From contig NC_068996.1 of the NCBI RefSeq assembly GCF_001194135.2, positions 49,672,827 through 49,724,697 on the forward strand: 51,871 nucleotides of DNA, written 5' to 3'. Below are positions 35,016 to 46,937 of the stretch, one piece after another. Position 1 is the stretch's first letter. Each line of letters opens with the position of its first letter. The position numbers and the translations under genes were made by a program. This stretch comes from Octopus bimaculoides. Its lineage: Eukaryota. The notes beneath the pieces were generated by a model. It worked only from the letters and a program-made list of their open reading frames with translations, searched no databases and was not told the origin of the DNA.

Positions 35016-36505
35016 AGTGACTCCTAAGGCTGGGAAGTAAGCCATACATGTATGTATATATATATGTATGTATATATATATGTATGTATATATATATATA
35101 TATGTATATTATTACATACATACAACCAAAACAAAACGGTGACAATTAAACACGCACAACTATACATAATACACGAGCTGTCACTGGTGTTATATCATCC
35201 ACCCCGCTGACTTTGTTTACCCACAAAACTTTTTAAATTATATTTTTGGGAGGTAGATGAAATTTTGCACAGAAATACTTTTTCGAGAGTATATATTACG
35301 TAATGTTACTGCTTCGAATATAAATGTGAAAAACGAAACAAAGTGAAAAAGTGCTCCAGTTACGGAAATTGTTCGGAAACAAGGTCGATAAAGAAAAAGA
35401 AGAATGAATAGGAACTCCACCAAAAAAAAATTTGTTAGTAAATTTAATCAACATAATCGTATTCTACACCCTCGAAGACATACCTGTGCAATATTTCATT
35501 AGGCAAAAAAAAAAACAAAAAAACCCACATATTTTTCTGAAAGTTACGTAAAAGCAATAATAGAAGTGAGAGGACGGGGAACAAGCAAGTTGTAAGTAAG
35601 TTCTAAGCAAACCTTATGTATGTGTGACACATCCTCTCATTAGCGATGTGTAATAAAACTTAGCTCTTGCCCATATTTGCATAAACGTATTTAGTGAAAG
35701 GGGAAAAAGTTAAAATATTTGATTGCGTTTGAGAATGTTTTCAAAGATCTGACAAAATATATATATATATAATTATACATATGTACACACACGCGCACGC
35801 ACTTAATGACAGGTAGAAGTTCTAGAATAACTCAAGGGCCGAGAGTTTCGTGTTTTAGTACTTATCAATGAACGAAACTCTCTAGCTTTTAGTTAACTTA
35901 GAATGAGGAACTGGATAATGAGGTAAATTCGTGGGACGGAATAGTCAAGGTGGATGTAGCAGGTGTAAGGGGGTCTGCCCGAGAATAATTATTGCGTGCT
36001 GACGGACCCGGAGAACCTGTGTATGTAGAAGATTATGACTACGAGTGGTGGGTAAAAAAAAAAGAAAAGACACCAGCACAATGCCGGAAAGGTGCCACAC
36101 AGTGGGATTGAACACGTTTATATTTTAAAGAAATATAATATAGACATTTTGAAAAAAATAATTGTGTTGTAAAGTTGGCTGCAAAGAGTAATGTAAACGG
36201 TGTTACTACAGGTTCAATGAAATCGCTCGGAGGTGGGGGGGGGGCGAATGGCTTCATTTCATCTTTCATTATATAAATCCATTCCTTTCATTCGTTTTTT
36301 TATTTTTTTGAGGGGTGGTTGTCCCCACCTTATGCTGTCCCCTATATGTAAGGCCTTCATGGCCAATTTCATAAAATAAAGAAGCTTGTTTCCCAATCAC
36401 ATGGATCCATGTTCAGTCCCACTGTGTGGCACCTTGAGCAAATGTCTACTATAGCCTCGAGCCGACCAAACCCTTATGAGTGGATTTGGTAGAAAGAAGC
36501 CCCTC

Positions 36506-36536
<31 letters not shown>

Positions 36537-36551
36537 CGCGCGCACGCACAC

Positions 36552-37781
36552 ATAGGGTGCGAGGGGTAAATTGTCGCCATTTTATATTTTTAATTTCGTG
36601 TATGCACAATGTTTGCTTTTTATTTTGTCACCTACACAGTATGGTAGGGTCTGTTGGGCACCGTCTGTGAGAAAAACAGCACTATGACGCAATTCACTCT
36701 GCCAGAAATTTGAAAATGACACTGTATTTCTTGGCATTCGCGCCAGAAGCTCCAATACTAACATTTCACAGTGCGGAGGATTCGGAAAGAGCTGGATGAG
36801 TCTAATGGTGATTACGAAGGTATGGCAGCTCGGACAACTCACTCTGATCATTCTAAGAAAAGAACTCCTGAATTTCTTGGTGAGATCTAGGCCATGATTG
36901 ACAACGATCCCTCCAAGTCAATCAGGTCCATTGACAAGGACATGGAAGTGTCTCAGTTTCTTATCTGGCAGGTAGCACATGAAAACATTCAGTATTCCTC
37001 ATACAAGATGAGAAAGGGCCAATTTTTATCCCAAGCTATCAAGGACAAGAGGAAAGACTATGCTACAAATCTTCTGAACAAGTTCAAGCATCCCCTACAA
37101 CCGAACATGCTTTCGTTTTTCTCAAACAAGAAACATTTCTGCCAGGATCAGATGATGAACACACAGAACAACTGTTGGCTTGCTGTGTACCCAAAACATG
37201 TACCGAGAGTGATAGAAATCAAACATCCAGTCAACATCATGGTGTTTGGAATGATCACTAGTTATGGTGACGTTATGACTCCATTCATCTTCCCACATGG
37301 CCTCAGACTCAACATGGAGGCCTACATCAAATGTTTAGAGGGGGTAGTGCTGCCCTAGGTGGGCAACAGGACTCTGCACCATGCTACACAAGCAGGAGAA
37401 CCCAGTCATGGCTGCCAGACAATTTCTACAACCACATCACCCCTAACATCTGGCCACCTAACTTCCCAGACTGCAACCCCCTTGATTATTATGTGTGGGG
37501 CACAGTTGAGCGAGAGACCAACAAAACTCCTTGTAACACCAAAGATGAACTGAAGGCAAGGATTATGGCAGCATTCACCAACTTAAAGGAGACCATCCAG
37601 AAGAGTGGCAGGAGATTCTTAAGTTGTCTGGAGGTCATGGTTGAAACCAATGGCGATTCCATTGAAAAAATTTACTCTTTAGTATTTCAAGATATTTTTA
37701 TGTAATTTTGGTAAATATATCAGTTAAAATGAGATGTCAGTTATATTTTCATTTTTGTGTAATTTAGATGACAATATACCT
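36552..37781 (+). pseudogene. Decayed Tc1/mariner-superfamily transposon, DD37D (maT-type) transposase
   Basis: QQDSAP...WPPNFPDCNPLDY with 37 residues between the 2nd and 3rd Asp. First Asp reads N (FSNKK). Stop/deletion at ~37358. Degenerate TIRs (gagg ggtaaattgtcgccat / agatgacaatatacctc). Confidence 0.85.
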
Positions 37782-38042
37782 CATCATCATCATTATCGTT
37801 TAACGTTCACTCTCCATGCTGGCATGGATTGGATGGTTTGGCTGAGAACTGGCATGCCGGGAGGCTGCACCAGGCACCAATCTGATTTAACAAGGTTTCT
37901 ATAGCTGGATGCCCTACCTAATGCCAATCACTCCAAAAGTGTAGTGGGTGCTTTTTACATGCCACCGGCATGGGAACCAGTCAGGTGGCACTGGCATTGG
38001 CCATGCTCGAGTGGTGCTTTTTACGTGCCACCGGCACCAGCA
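37782..38042 (-). mobile_element. Family C copy abutting the maT right end
   Basis: catcatcattatcgtttaacgttcactctccatgctggcatgg... Confidence 0.8.
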
Positions 38043-38309
38043 TATATATATCATTAATCTTCTCCATTAATCTTTAAAATATATCCTACATGTACCCTGG
38101 AATTTCTGGATGTGGATCCAACGATGAATGCAATGTATCGCTGATGATGCCTGATAGCCATAAGTGGTGAACGTGCTCCGCAGACACACTACCTGGGACT
38201 TACCTTGAAACAAGCTTTGGATAATGCTTGTAACACCTTATTTCTTTAACTTTAAATTCGGTGTGTGTGTGTGTGTGTGTGTATGTGTGTGTAATAAAAA
38301 AAATAATAA

Positions 38310-38556
38310 ATAAATGCACCCTTTTAAAGCCTAGCCAGGCTCAGGGGCCCGGTTTCCCGGTTTCAATAGCGTATGTGTTCCCCAGCTGGACAGGACGCCA
38401 GTCCATCGCAGCGTTACTCATTTTTGCCAGCTGAGTGGACTGGAGCAACGCAAAATGAAGTGTTTTGCTCAAGAACACAATGTGTCGCCCGGTCCAGGAA
38501 TTGAAACCACAATCTTACGATCATGGTACTGACACCCTAACCACTAAGCCATGCAC
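38310..38556 (-). mobile_element. tRNA-derived SINE, fourth family
   Basis: Minus strand: tggcttagtggttagggtgtc (A box), ggtttcaattcc (B box), then gtgttcttgagcaaaacacttc core. Confidence 0.75.
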
Positions 38557-38929
38557 TAGAATGAAAAACACAAGCAAGGGATAAAAATATTAAGAATTTA
38601 ATAAACTTGGGAAAGTACAGAACAAGAAGTAAGCCTAAAATAAAAGGAAAGAGTTTAAAATACTGTAGGTAAATATAAAATTCAATAAAAATAATCTGAT
38701 GCTTTATCATAAATTCCCACATATCAAATAAGAATTGTTTTAAGATCTTTGAAATAGAGATTAATTCTTGTTTATTATTAATACAATGTTTTAAAGATGA
38801 TCTTTATTTTCTTTCATTATGATTAACTCTATGACATCTACATTTATTTGAGGGAAACTTAGATTTACGTAAGAGGGAAATGAACTGACAAACAGTTAAC
38901 TAACTAAAAATTAAAACTAAAAGTAAACT

Positions 38930-39215
38930 AAAACAAGAGCACTCAGAGAGCACAAACCTCCGCCAAGGCAACACCAATGTCCTCTCAACGATTAGCCAGA
39001 GATGATTTTTTTTAAATGAGAATATCTGAAATAAATTCGACTGCTCTCAAATGAGAATACTAAAAATGAACCCAACCACTCTCAAAAATTAGGGAAAGAA
39101 ACCAGAAAAATAATCCAGAATCCTTGTCCAGTACTGGATTGATCTCAAAATTTAATCAGTTCGTGTCAGTGCTGACGCAAAACATCCCTTAAAGCTTCAT
39201 CCGAATCCATCCGTC
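38930..39215 (+). mobile_element. Second copy of the Helentron-like family, 3' end replaced by a SINE
   Basis: aagagcactcagagagcacaaacctccgccaaggcaacacc shared with 25421. Confidence 0.55.
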
Positions 39216-39224
39216 ATATATATA

Positions 39225-39380
39225 TGACGGGCTTCTTTCAGTTTCCGTCTACCAAATCCACCCACAAGGCCTTGTTCAACCTGTGGCTATGGTAGAAGAC
39301 ACCTGCCCAAGGTGCCACGCAGTGGGACTGAACCCGGAACCATGTTGTTGGTAAGCAAACTACTTACCACACAGCCACTC
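39225..39380 (-). mobile_element. SINE family A, 5' half
   Basis: gacgggcttctttcagtttccgtctacc...cacacagccactcc. Confidence 0.85.
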
Positions 39381-39549
39381 CTTGAACAAATGTAGCTTAC
39401 CACTGGTCCATCATATTGGACAAAACCGAATTAAGATTGAACTAAAACTGAATTAGTTGTAAAGCATTAAATTGACCGCGAGTGAGTAAAGGTTGACCTT
39501 AAGAATATTATTCACATACTGCCGTGTGTGAATATGCATGCATCTATCC

Positions 39550-39975
39550 ATGTGTGTGTGTCTTTGTGTTTGTGTCCCCCACCCCATCACTACTTGACAA
39601 CCAGTGTCAGTGTGTTTATGTCCCCATAACTTAGCAGGTCAGCAAAAGAGACCAATAGAATAAGTACTAGGCTTATAAAGAATAAGTCCTGGGGTCGATT
39701 TGCCTGACTAAAAACCCTTGAAGGTGGTGCTCCAGTATGGCTGCAGTCTAATGGCTGAAACAAGTAAAAGAATAAAAGGATATATATATATATAGGCATA
39801 GGAGTGGCTGTGTGGTAAGTAGCTTGCTTACCAACCACATGGTTCTGGCAAAAGAGACCGATAGAATAAGTACTAGGCTTCCAAAGAATAAGTCCTGGGG
39901 TCAATTTGCTTGACTAAAGGCAGTGCTCCAGCATGGCCACAGTCAAAAGACTGAAACAAGTAAAAGAGTAAAACA
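39550..39975 (+). mobile_element. SINE family A 3' half followed by an internally deleted copy
   Basis: 39550-39778 tail; 39794-39975 head fused directly to tail. Confidence 0.85.
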
Positions 39976-40619
39976 GTATATACTTACGTTTTGAGTTTTT
40001 TATTTCCTTTTTGCATCACCAAACCTACACAAACACACACACATGTGCACACATACATACACGTTTCACTTAAGCATACTAATGCTAAAAACCTGGTGTC
40101 AGAACTTGAGTGAGCGAGTGAGTGGGAGAGTGAGTGAGAAAGTGAGAGAGTGAGTAAATGAGAGAGTCAAATACACTCTCATATTCTTCTTTTGTTATTT
40201 TGTCATTTGATCAGAGCCATTCTGGGACACGCCTGCAACTATTTCAGTCATATTGGCTCCAGTACTCGTACTCATTCATTCTGATACTTTATCAATTTCA
40301 AATTATCAGATAGTAAGATGTAAAGGGACACACCACAGAAAAGGTGGGTTTCTAGATCAGCATAAGCACATAAAAAGGAGTGTATATACATCAGGCTTTT
40401 GCACAGTTTCTGCCTCTTAGATTCCACAATTCATTTGGGCCAACCTAAGGTTACTGTAGAATACAATTCTCCAAAACATCCAATGAGATTTTTATATCCT
40501 TGGTTGCGGATATATGATCTTAACAAAGCAGCGGTAAAGCAATGTATTCACAGACATGACTTCTGACTACCAACATGCAATACTCCAATGCCTTCCTTCT
40601 GTCTCAATGAGTCCACCTT

Positions 40620-42140
40620 GTTATCACAACATCTCCCCTTTTGAGACTGACTTCCACTAGAAGTGAATAAATATTTTTTTTCTTTCGCACAACATCTCCC
40701 TTTTAGAGATTTACTTCCCTCAAGCTTAATATTTTTTTTTATTTTGGAACTACCTCTAACAATTCTGTTTTCTTTTTCTTGTACTGGTACACCTTGGTTT
40801 CATGATTTCCTGCAGAGTTGGCACATCAAAAATATCATAAAGAACTTCCATGGGTACTTCTTTTCTTGTAACCCTTTCTTCAGCAAACCTTTTCTGCTGA
40901 TTCATGTGTCTTTTATGTTCCCATTTTGAACCTTTCCCCACATACGTCATTTTACCAATCTGTTTTATTATTTCACTATCTTCCCAATCTCCTTTTTCTA
41001 TTTCTGTAAAACTCTGAAAAACACCTTATCACCAGTTTCTAAATACTTGGTCATATTTTTAGTTTTTTTCCCCAGTTTTTGTTTTTCTTCCAAGTAATAA
41101 TTTGTCAAAAACTGACTTAATTTTTCTTGCAAACAACAGTTCCGCAGGCGACATGCCTGAAAGGGTATTTAGGTTTAGCGTTACACAGTAAACTCTCAGG
41201 AATTGTTGCAATGCTACATCATCCACTACCTCATTTCTGGATTTCCTTGGTGTCTTTTTGAACATGTCCACAAAGCGTTCAGCTAGTTTGTATGATCTTG
41301 GATAATAAGGAGTGATATATTCAATTGAGAACATCTTGCAAAATTTCTTAAATTCACTCGCAGTAAATTGTGTACCGTTATGGAGATTATGGTGTCTAGA
41401 ACACCATGCCTTGCAAAAAGTCCTCGTGGAAAATCCATTGTTACCGTGGAGGTTGGTTTTCTACATTTACACATTTCTGACCGTTTTGTAAAGCCAACTA
41501 CCACTATTAGATAATATGATCCATTTAATGGTCCTGCAAAGTTTATGTGTAGCCTAGTCCATGGAATATCAGTCTTGGGCCAAGGTTGAAATTTTCTAGG
41601 AGGTCATTTTACTGCAGGATTTTCCCAACTTCTCAATATCTAGATCCATTTTCAGCCAGTAAACACAACTCCTCGTAAGTGACTTCATCTTAGAAATTCC
41701 TGGATTCCAGCATGGAATTCCTTTAACATCTCATTTTGTAGTTAGACAGGCATTACTACCCTCTGTGCATACATAAGCACATTATTACATATTGAATACA
41801 AGTTCGAAACTGTATTTCATCCAGCAACACATTTTTTTTTTATTTGTTTCTTCTGATCTCACTATTTTTCCATTTTCATGATAAACTCATCCATCTCTGC
41901 TTCAATTTTTATTTCCTTTAATGTGATAGGCAATTCATTCACAATGTTGCACAATATACCTTTTATATCATTTTCAGCTCTTAACGCTGCTAGCACAGTG
42001 TCTTCTAGTATTTTGGCATTAACCTTGACAAACCATCTGTATGTCCCAATTTTTCAGATGGCAAATACTCCATCTTGAAATCTTAATTCAGAAGGATTGT
42101 ACTCCAGCGCTGCAATCTGTTAGCTGTATAATACATTTTT
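40620..42140 (-). pseudogene. Decayed Ty3/Gypsy LTR retrotransposon pol (RNase H end, integrase, 3' region, PPT)
   Basis: Reading across stops/frameshifts: YTANRLQRWSTILLN.DFKMEYLP..KLGHTDGLSRL; GHPG-type zinc finger region; WTRLHINFAGPLNG; SDNGTQF-like region; AERFVDMFK; polypurine tract + TGTTG at ~40704-40690. Confidence 0.8.
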
Positions 42141-42146
42141 AAATCT

Positions 42147-42544
42147 CTAAACAACAGTAGTATTATTCCCTTCATGGGACTGTCACATTAAATTGACAGC
42201 ATACAACTACTTCAACGTATCACTACTGCAAGAAATGTATTATTTCTAATTTTGAAATCAGTGAATGTATTTCACTAGAATTATAATATGTTTACAAGAG
42301 CTTGACAGGCATCTTCGACTAGCAGGACATGCTACTCCAGACTGATGACGAGCAAAGACTCAGAAACATGTCTCTGGATGCAGGCTTAGCTAGGTGGAGG
42401 TACTTGTCTCCCCCTTGCAAACATAAGTACACAGGAAATGTGTCAAGGCCGACAGGAAGCGGTGCAGCTTCCTAGGGCTAACCAACAGTAGTATTATTCC
42501 CTTCAGGGGACTGTCACATTAAGTTGACAGCATATAACTACTTC
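42147..42544 (+). mobile_element. Retrozyme-like non-autonomous element (331-bp unit plus 67-bp terminal direct repeat) containing the HHR
   Basis: 42147-42213 repeats at 42478-42544 (4 mismatches), period 331; HHR internal; no ORF. Confidence 0.7.
42336..42378 (+). ncRNA. Minimal type I hammerhead ribozyme (canonical core, GUC site)
   Basis: UCCAGA-CUGAUGA-C GAG CAAAGA CUC A-GAA-ACAUGU-C^UCUGGA: 6-bp stem I, 3-bp stem II with C.A closing mismatch, palindromic stem III ACAUGU; predicted cut 42372/42373. Confidence 0.85.
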
Positions 42545-43156
42545 TAAAACTTTAGGTTCAATAAGGTTTGCACAGCACCTCACAGACCCTATCCACTCTA
42601 CTGACATGATCCAAAGACAAAACCAGGGCAAGATATTCAGTGCCAACGTGAGTTGCAGGCTCAGGAATGTGGGAGCACCACCATATCAATTCCAACGCCA
42701 TTCCCTGCACATCTGGTTTTATATCAAAATGACCTTCTCCTAGAGACATGCTTTAGAAAAAAACTGAGGAGTGCCACACTCCCAGTAACCTTTCACCATA
42801 CCAGACACCAACCCAAAATTTCTGAAGGCATGTACTATTTCTAGATAGTCATCGAACCTACACTTAGTTCATCCATCACTTTAATAGGTCATGCTTTTAG
42901 TACTAGGCGACCTGGCCATTCACGAAACCTCGCAAATGACCTTACAGACATACACTCCAAGACGTGGCAATAGTTTAACAGATGTCTGACCACTAAGTAA
43001 GAATTTCTAGGGAGAGCTGAAAAGCAGGAGACCTTTAGAGAAGAAACCCACCCACCCCTCATTCAAGTATTTCAGCCCTTAACACCTTACAAAGTAAAAG
43101 GGCCAGACTGTACCTGGTCATGATTCCTAGATATTTCCCTGCTTCAACATTTTGTT

Positions 43157-43386
43157 ATTTCTTTATTGCCCACAAGGGACTAAACATAGAGGTGACAAAC
43201 AAGGACGGACAAAGGGATTAAGTCGATTACATCGACCTCAGTGAGTAACTGGTACTTAATTTATCGACCTCGAAAGAATGAAAGGCAAAGTCGACCTCGG
43301 CGGAATTTGAACTCAGAATGTAACGGCAGACGAAATACCGCTAAGCATTTCGCCCAGTGTGCTAACGTTTCTGCCAACTCGCCACC
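43157..43386 (-). mobile_element. SINE family B, young variant
   Basis: CpG-rich: gtcgacctcggcggaatttgaactcagaatgtaacggcagacgaaataccgctaagc. Confidence 0.85.
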
Positions 43387-44734
43387 TTCGTAAAGTAAAG
43401 ACAGAAAGTGTACAAGTATTTTGCTTTGTCTAGAGAGAGTCATTATGCCAATATTAATATTCCACATTTTGTGCTACTGTCTACATTTTAACACTTCTGA
43501 ACGGTTAAGGCGCCCCACTTAAAATAAAGAATTCAAAGATAGATTCCAAGAGTGGATAAAATATATACAATCCATAACTGTTAGTCTAATAAAATATATT
43601 TTGTCGGACTAACGATTATGGGTTAAATATAGAGTGTATTTGTATATGTGCGCACGCATCTTTATTGATTGTAGGACGATATGTTTAGGCTGAACAAGCC
43701 AATGAAGCAAAACTACAAAGCCCTATCGACTGAACTCATTTTGAATCAAGGAAGCTTGGTCACATGACTTAAAAGAAATAGAAACCATATCATTTGTGCC
43801 ATACTCTGCTGCCTGGACAAACACATTAGACAATGTAATCCTATAACAGGGTGGATCAGTCACAGCTGAATTACTTCTGATCATTAATAGGCCAGCAAAA
43901 TTAGGACTGACAACATACATGCATAACACACAGATAACACACACACACAGCTAACAGTCAACTATTTTGATAATTAAAAAAAAAAACCATACACATGTAC
44001 ATACAGGTACAAATAAGATGACTGTATGACTAAGAAGTCCACTTTGCCAACATGCGATTCTCGGTTCGATCTCATTGCACTGAATATGTATGTGTGTGTG
44101 TGTACGCGTAATTAACACTGAAATATAACTTCACAGGATAAGAAAATTTCACGTTTAAATGGTTTCTGAAAGACATCAATGAATAAAAAGACCTAAAAAT
44201 ACCTCAATCGGAACACTGATGTATTAAATATCTTGATATATAAAATGTACTTAACCAACAACCAGTTCACAAGACTAGAAGTACTCTTTCGTTTCAAACG
44301 TAAAGGATTTTATAAAGAAAAATTACAACGAAAAGACAAAAAAATACTCCACTTCGTACTAACAAATGAAAGAGTGTTGTTTCAAACCAGTAGAGTATAA
44401 TTTAGTTAGACATGTCAAATAACATACAACATAAATTTTTGATTAACATGGATATTTTGTTGTGTCTGAGAAGAGTCATTCTGCCTTAATGTCTTAATAT
44501 GTAATACACTCACCAGTTCGATTTCCACTCGTTTATTATTAATTATATATTTTTAGTATATTACTTGTATATTTCGTTTTTGTATTTGATTTGCAAGATT
44601 CTTTAAAATCTGTAAATAATAATATTTGATAAGCTTAAAGCTTATAAGTGATTACTGGTCATTGATTAAGGTAAATAATCTAATATTGGAGCATATAAGA
44701 TACTTTATGTAAAATTTGTGTGTTGAAACAAATT

Positions 44735-44965
44735 TTGCTGTGTCTAGGGAGAGTCATTACGCCAATATTAATAACAGACACACACACAGGTTCAATTCCA
44801 CTTCTTTATTACTAATCAATTGGTTAGATATCTATCCAACAAACTAATCGATCTTTAATCAATTGACTAATGATAAAGGAGTGAAACTGAACCACTATGT
44901 ATGTCATTAATATTAGCATAATGACTCTCTAGACAAAACAAAATACTTGTACGTTTTCTGCCTTT
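44735..44965. repeat. Foldback element; related fragment at 43395-43465
   Basis: tctagggagagtcattacgccaatattaat ... attaatattagcataatgactctctaga inverted arms. Confidence 0.7.
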
Positions 44966-44974
44966 ACTTTTTCC

Positions 44975-45285
44975 AGTTATTAGACTGTGGCCATGCTGGA
45001 GCACCACCTTGAAGAATTTTAGTCAAACCTAGTACGTTTTTCTATCCATCATTGCCAATCTGCTAAGATACTGGGACGCACCAACACTGGCTATCAATCA
45101 GTGGTGGTGGTGACAGACACATACACAAAGATACACACACATATATATACATATACGAAAGGCTTCTTTAAGTTTCTGTCTACCAAATCCACTAATAAGG
45201 CTTTCATCAGCCCAGGGCTATAGTAGAAAATATTTGCCCAAGGTTCCACCTAGTGTGGCTGAACCCGGAACCATACAGTTGAGAG
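44975..45285 (-). mobile_element. SINE family A
   Basis: ggccatgctggagcaccacc...gaacccggaaccat. Confidence 0.75.
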
Positions 45286-45564
45286 CCATTAGCTACTTTG
45301 AGTCTTATCTCATTTTTGTTTATAATTTACTTAGGCTGAAAGCCATTATGCTTCACTTTTCATAAATACACATTCTGTTAGAAGGAAGCCACAAACAACA
45401 GATCAAAAGAACGTATTTGGTTACACAAGGCTTCCATTAAAGTTTTTCATTCGAGCATGGTTCAGAAAATACTTCTTAAAACTGTTAGAGCATGCGAAAG
45501 TGCCCACGGGTCATGATCAAAGGGAAGTACATCGAGTAAATGAACATACTACATACCTACATAT

Positions 45565-45957
45565 ACTCTTTTACGCTTTTATACTCTTTTAATTGTTTCA
45601 GTCATTTGACTGCGGCCATGCTGGAGCACCGCCTTTAGTAGAGAAAATCGACCCCAGGACTTATTCTTTGGAAGCCTAGTACTTATTCTATCGGTCTCTT
45701 TTTGCCAAACCGCTAAGTTACGGGGACGTTAACACACCAGCATCGGTTGTCAAGCAATGTTGGGGGGACAAACACAGACACACAAACACACATACATATA
45801 TACGGCAGACTTCTTTCAGTTTCCATCTACCAAATCCACTCACAAAGCTTTGGTCGGCCCAAGGCTACAGTAGAAGACACTTGCCCAAGGTGCCACACAG
45901 TGGGAATGAACCCAGAACCATGTGGTTGGTAAGCAAGCTACTTACCACACAGCCACA
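45565..45957 (-). mobile_element. SINE family A, near full length
   Basis: Reverse complement of tail through head (cttaccacacagccac). Confidence 0.9.
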
Positions 45958-46247
45958 TACATTATTACTATTATTATTATTATTATTATTATTATTTAAA
46001 ACATTTTAATTCGGCTCCTTGCAGCTCAAATTTTCACAGGCTTCTAACAGAAATCTACCTTGTTCAAGCTTAGATTACCAGTAATCTGGCCTAGTTAGTT
46101 TCTGTTAGAAGCCTGCAAAACTTTAAGTTACATGGAACCAAATCAAACTGTTTTAGATAATAATATATGTAACTCCTAGTAAATGTGTTGAGTACCCTTT
46201 TCTTTCATTTATCCACTCTCCCATATATATATATATATATATATATA

Positions 46248-46655
46248 GGCGCAGGAGTGGCTGTGTGGTAAGTAGCTTGTTTACCAACCACATGGTTCCG
46301 GGTTCAGTCGCACTGCGTGACACCTTGGGCAAATGTCTTCTACTATAGCCTCGGGCCGACCAAAGCCTTGTGAGTGAATTTGGTAGACGGAAACTGAAAG
46401 AAGCCCGTCGTATATATGTATATATATATATATGTATGTATGTGTATATGTTTGTGTATCTGTGTTTGTCCCCCCAACATCACTTGACAACCGATGCTGG
46501 TATTTATGTCCCCGTAACTTAGCAGTTCGGCAAAAGAGACCGACAGAATAAGTACTAGGCTTGCAAAGAATAAGTCCTGGGGTCGATTTACTCGACTAAA
46601 GGCGGTGCTCCAGCATGGCCGCAGTCAAATGACTGGAACAAGTAAAAGAGTAAAA
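46248..46655 (+). mobile_element. SINE family A, full length
   Basis: ggcgcaggagtggctgtgtgg...aagtaaaagagtaaaa. Confidence 0.9.
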
Positions 46656-46659
46656 GGGG

Positions 46660-46731
<72 letters not shown>

Positions 46732-46903
46732 TATACAAGCAGAGATGATGGTATGTGAATATAGTGTTTGATTTGTAACCATAAGTTTTATTCTATTGCA
46801 TGGCACTTTGGACAAGTGGATCCCAGTTTGAAAGTGAAAATGGTACATAGAAACTGTAAAGAAGACTGTCATGCACACACACACAGACACACACACATAC
46901 ACA

Positions 46904-46937
<34 letters not shown>

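Larger units (their letters stand above)
33093..36500 (-). promoter_or_regulatory. Putative 5' UTR/promoter region of Smaug (CpG-retaining zone)
   Basis: Upstream of the ATG. Hand count gives 10 CpG in 35161-35460 versus 0 in intronic 30001-30300. TSS not located. Confidence 0.5.

Noticed and set aside
35481-35490. CAG/GTATGT on the minus strand as a donor of an upstream non-coding Smaug exon
   Set aside because: The same CAG could equally be an acceptor after a T-rich tract; cannot be resolved without transcripts.
38135-38185. CTGATGA...GGTGAACGTG motif
   Set aside because: Lacks A15.1 and has no stem I or stem III.
42550-43000. GC-balanced, coding-looking stretch after the retrozyme
   Set aside because: No frame gives a motif I can name; probably a fragment of an unidentified TE.
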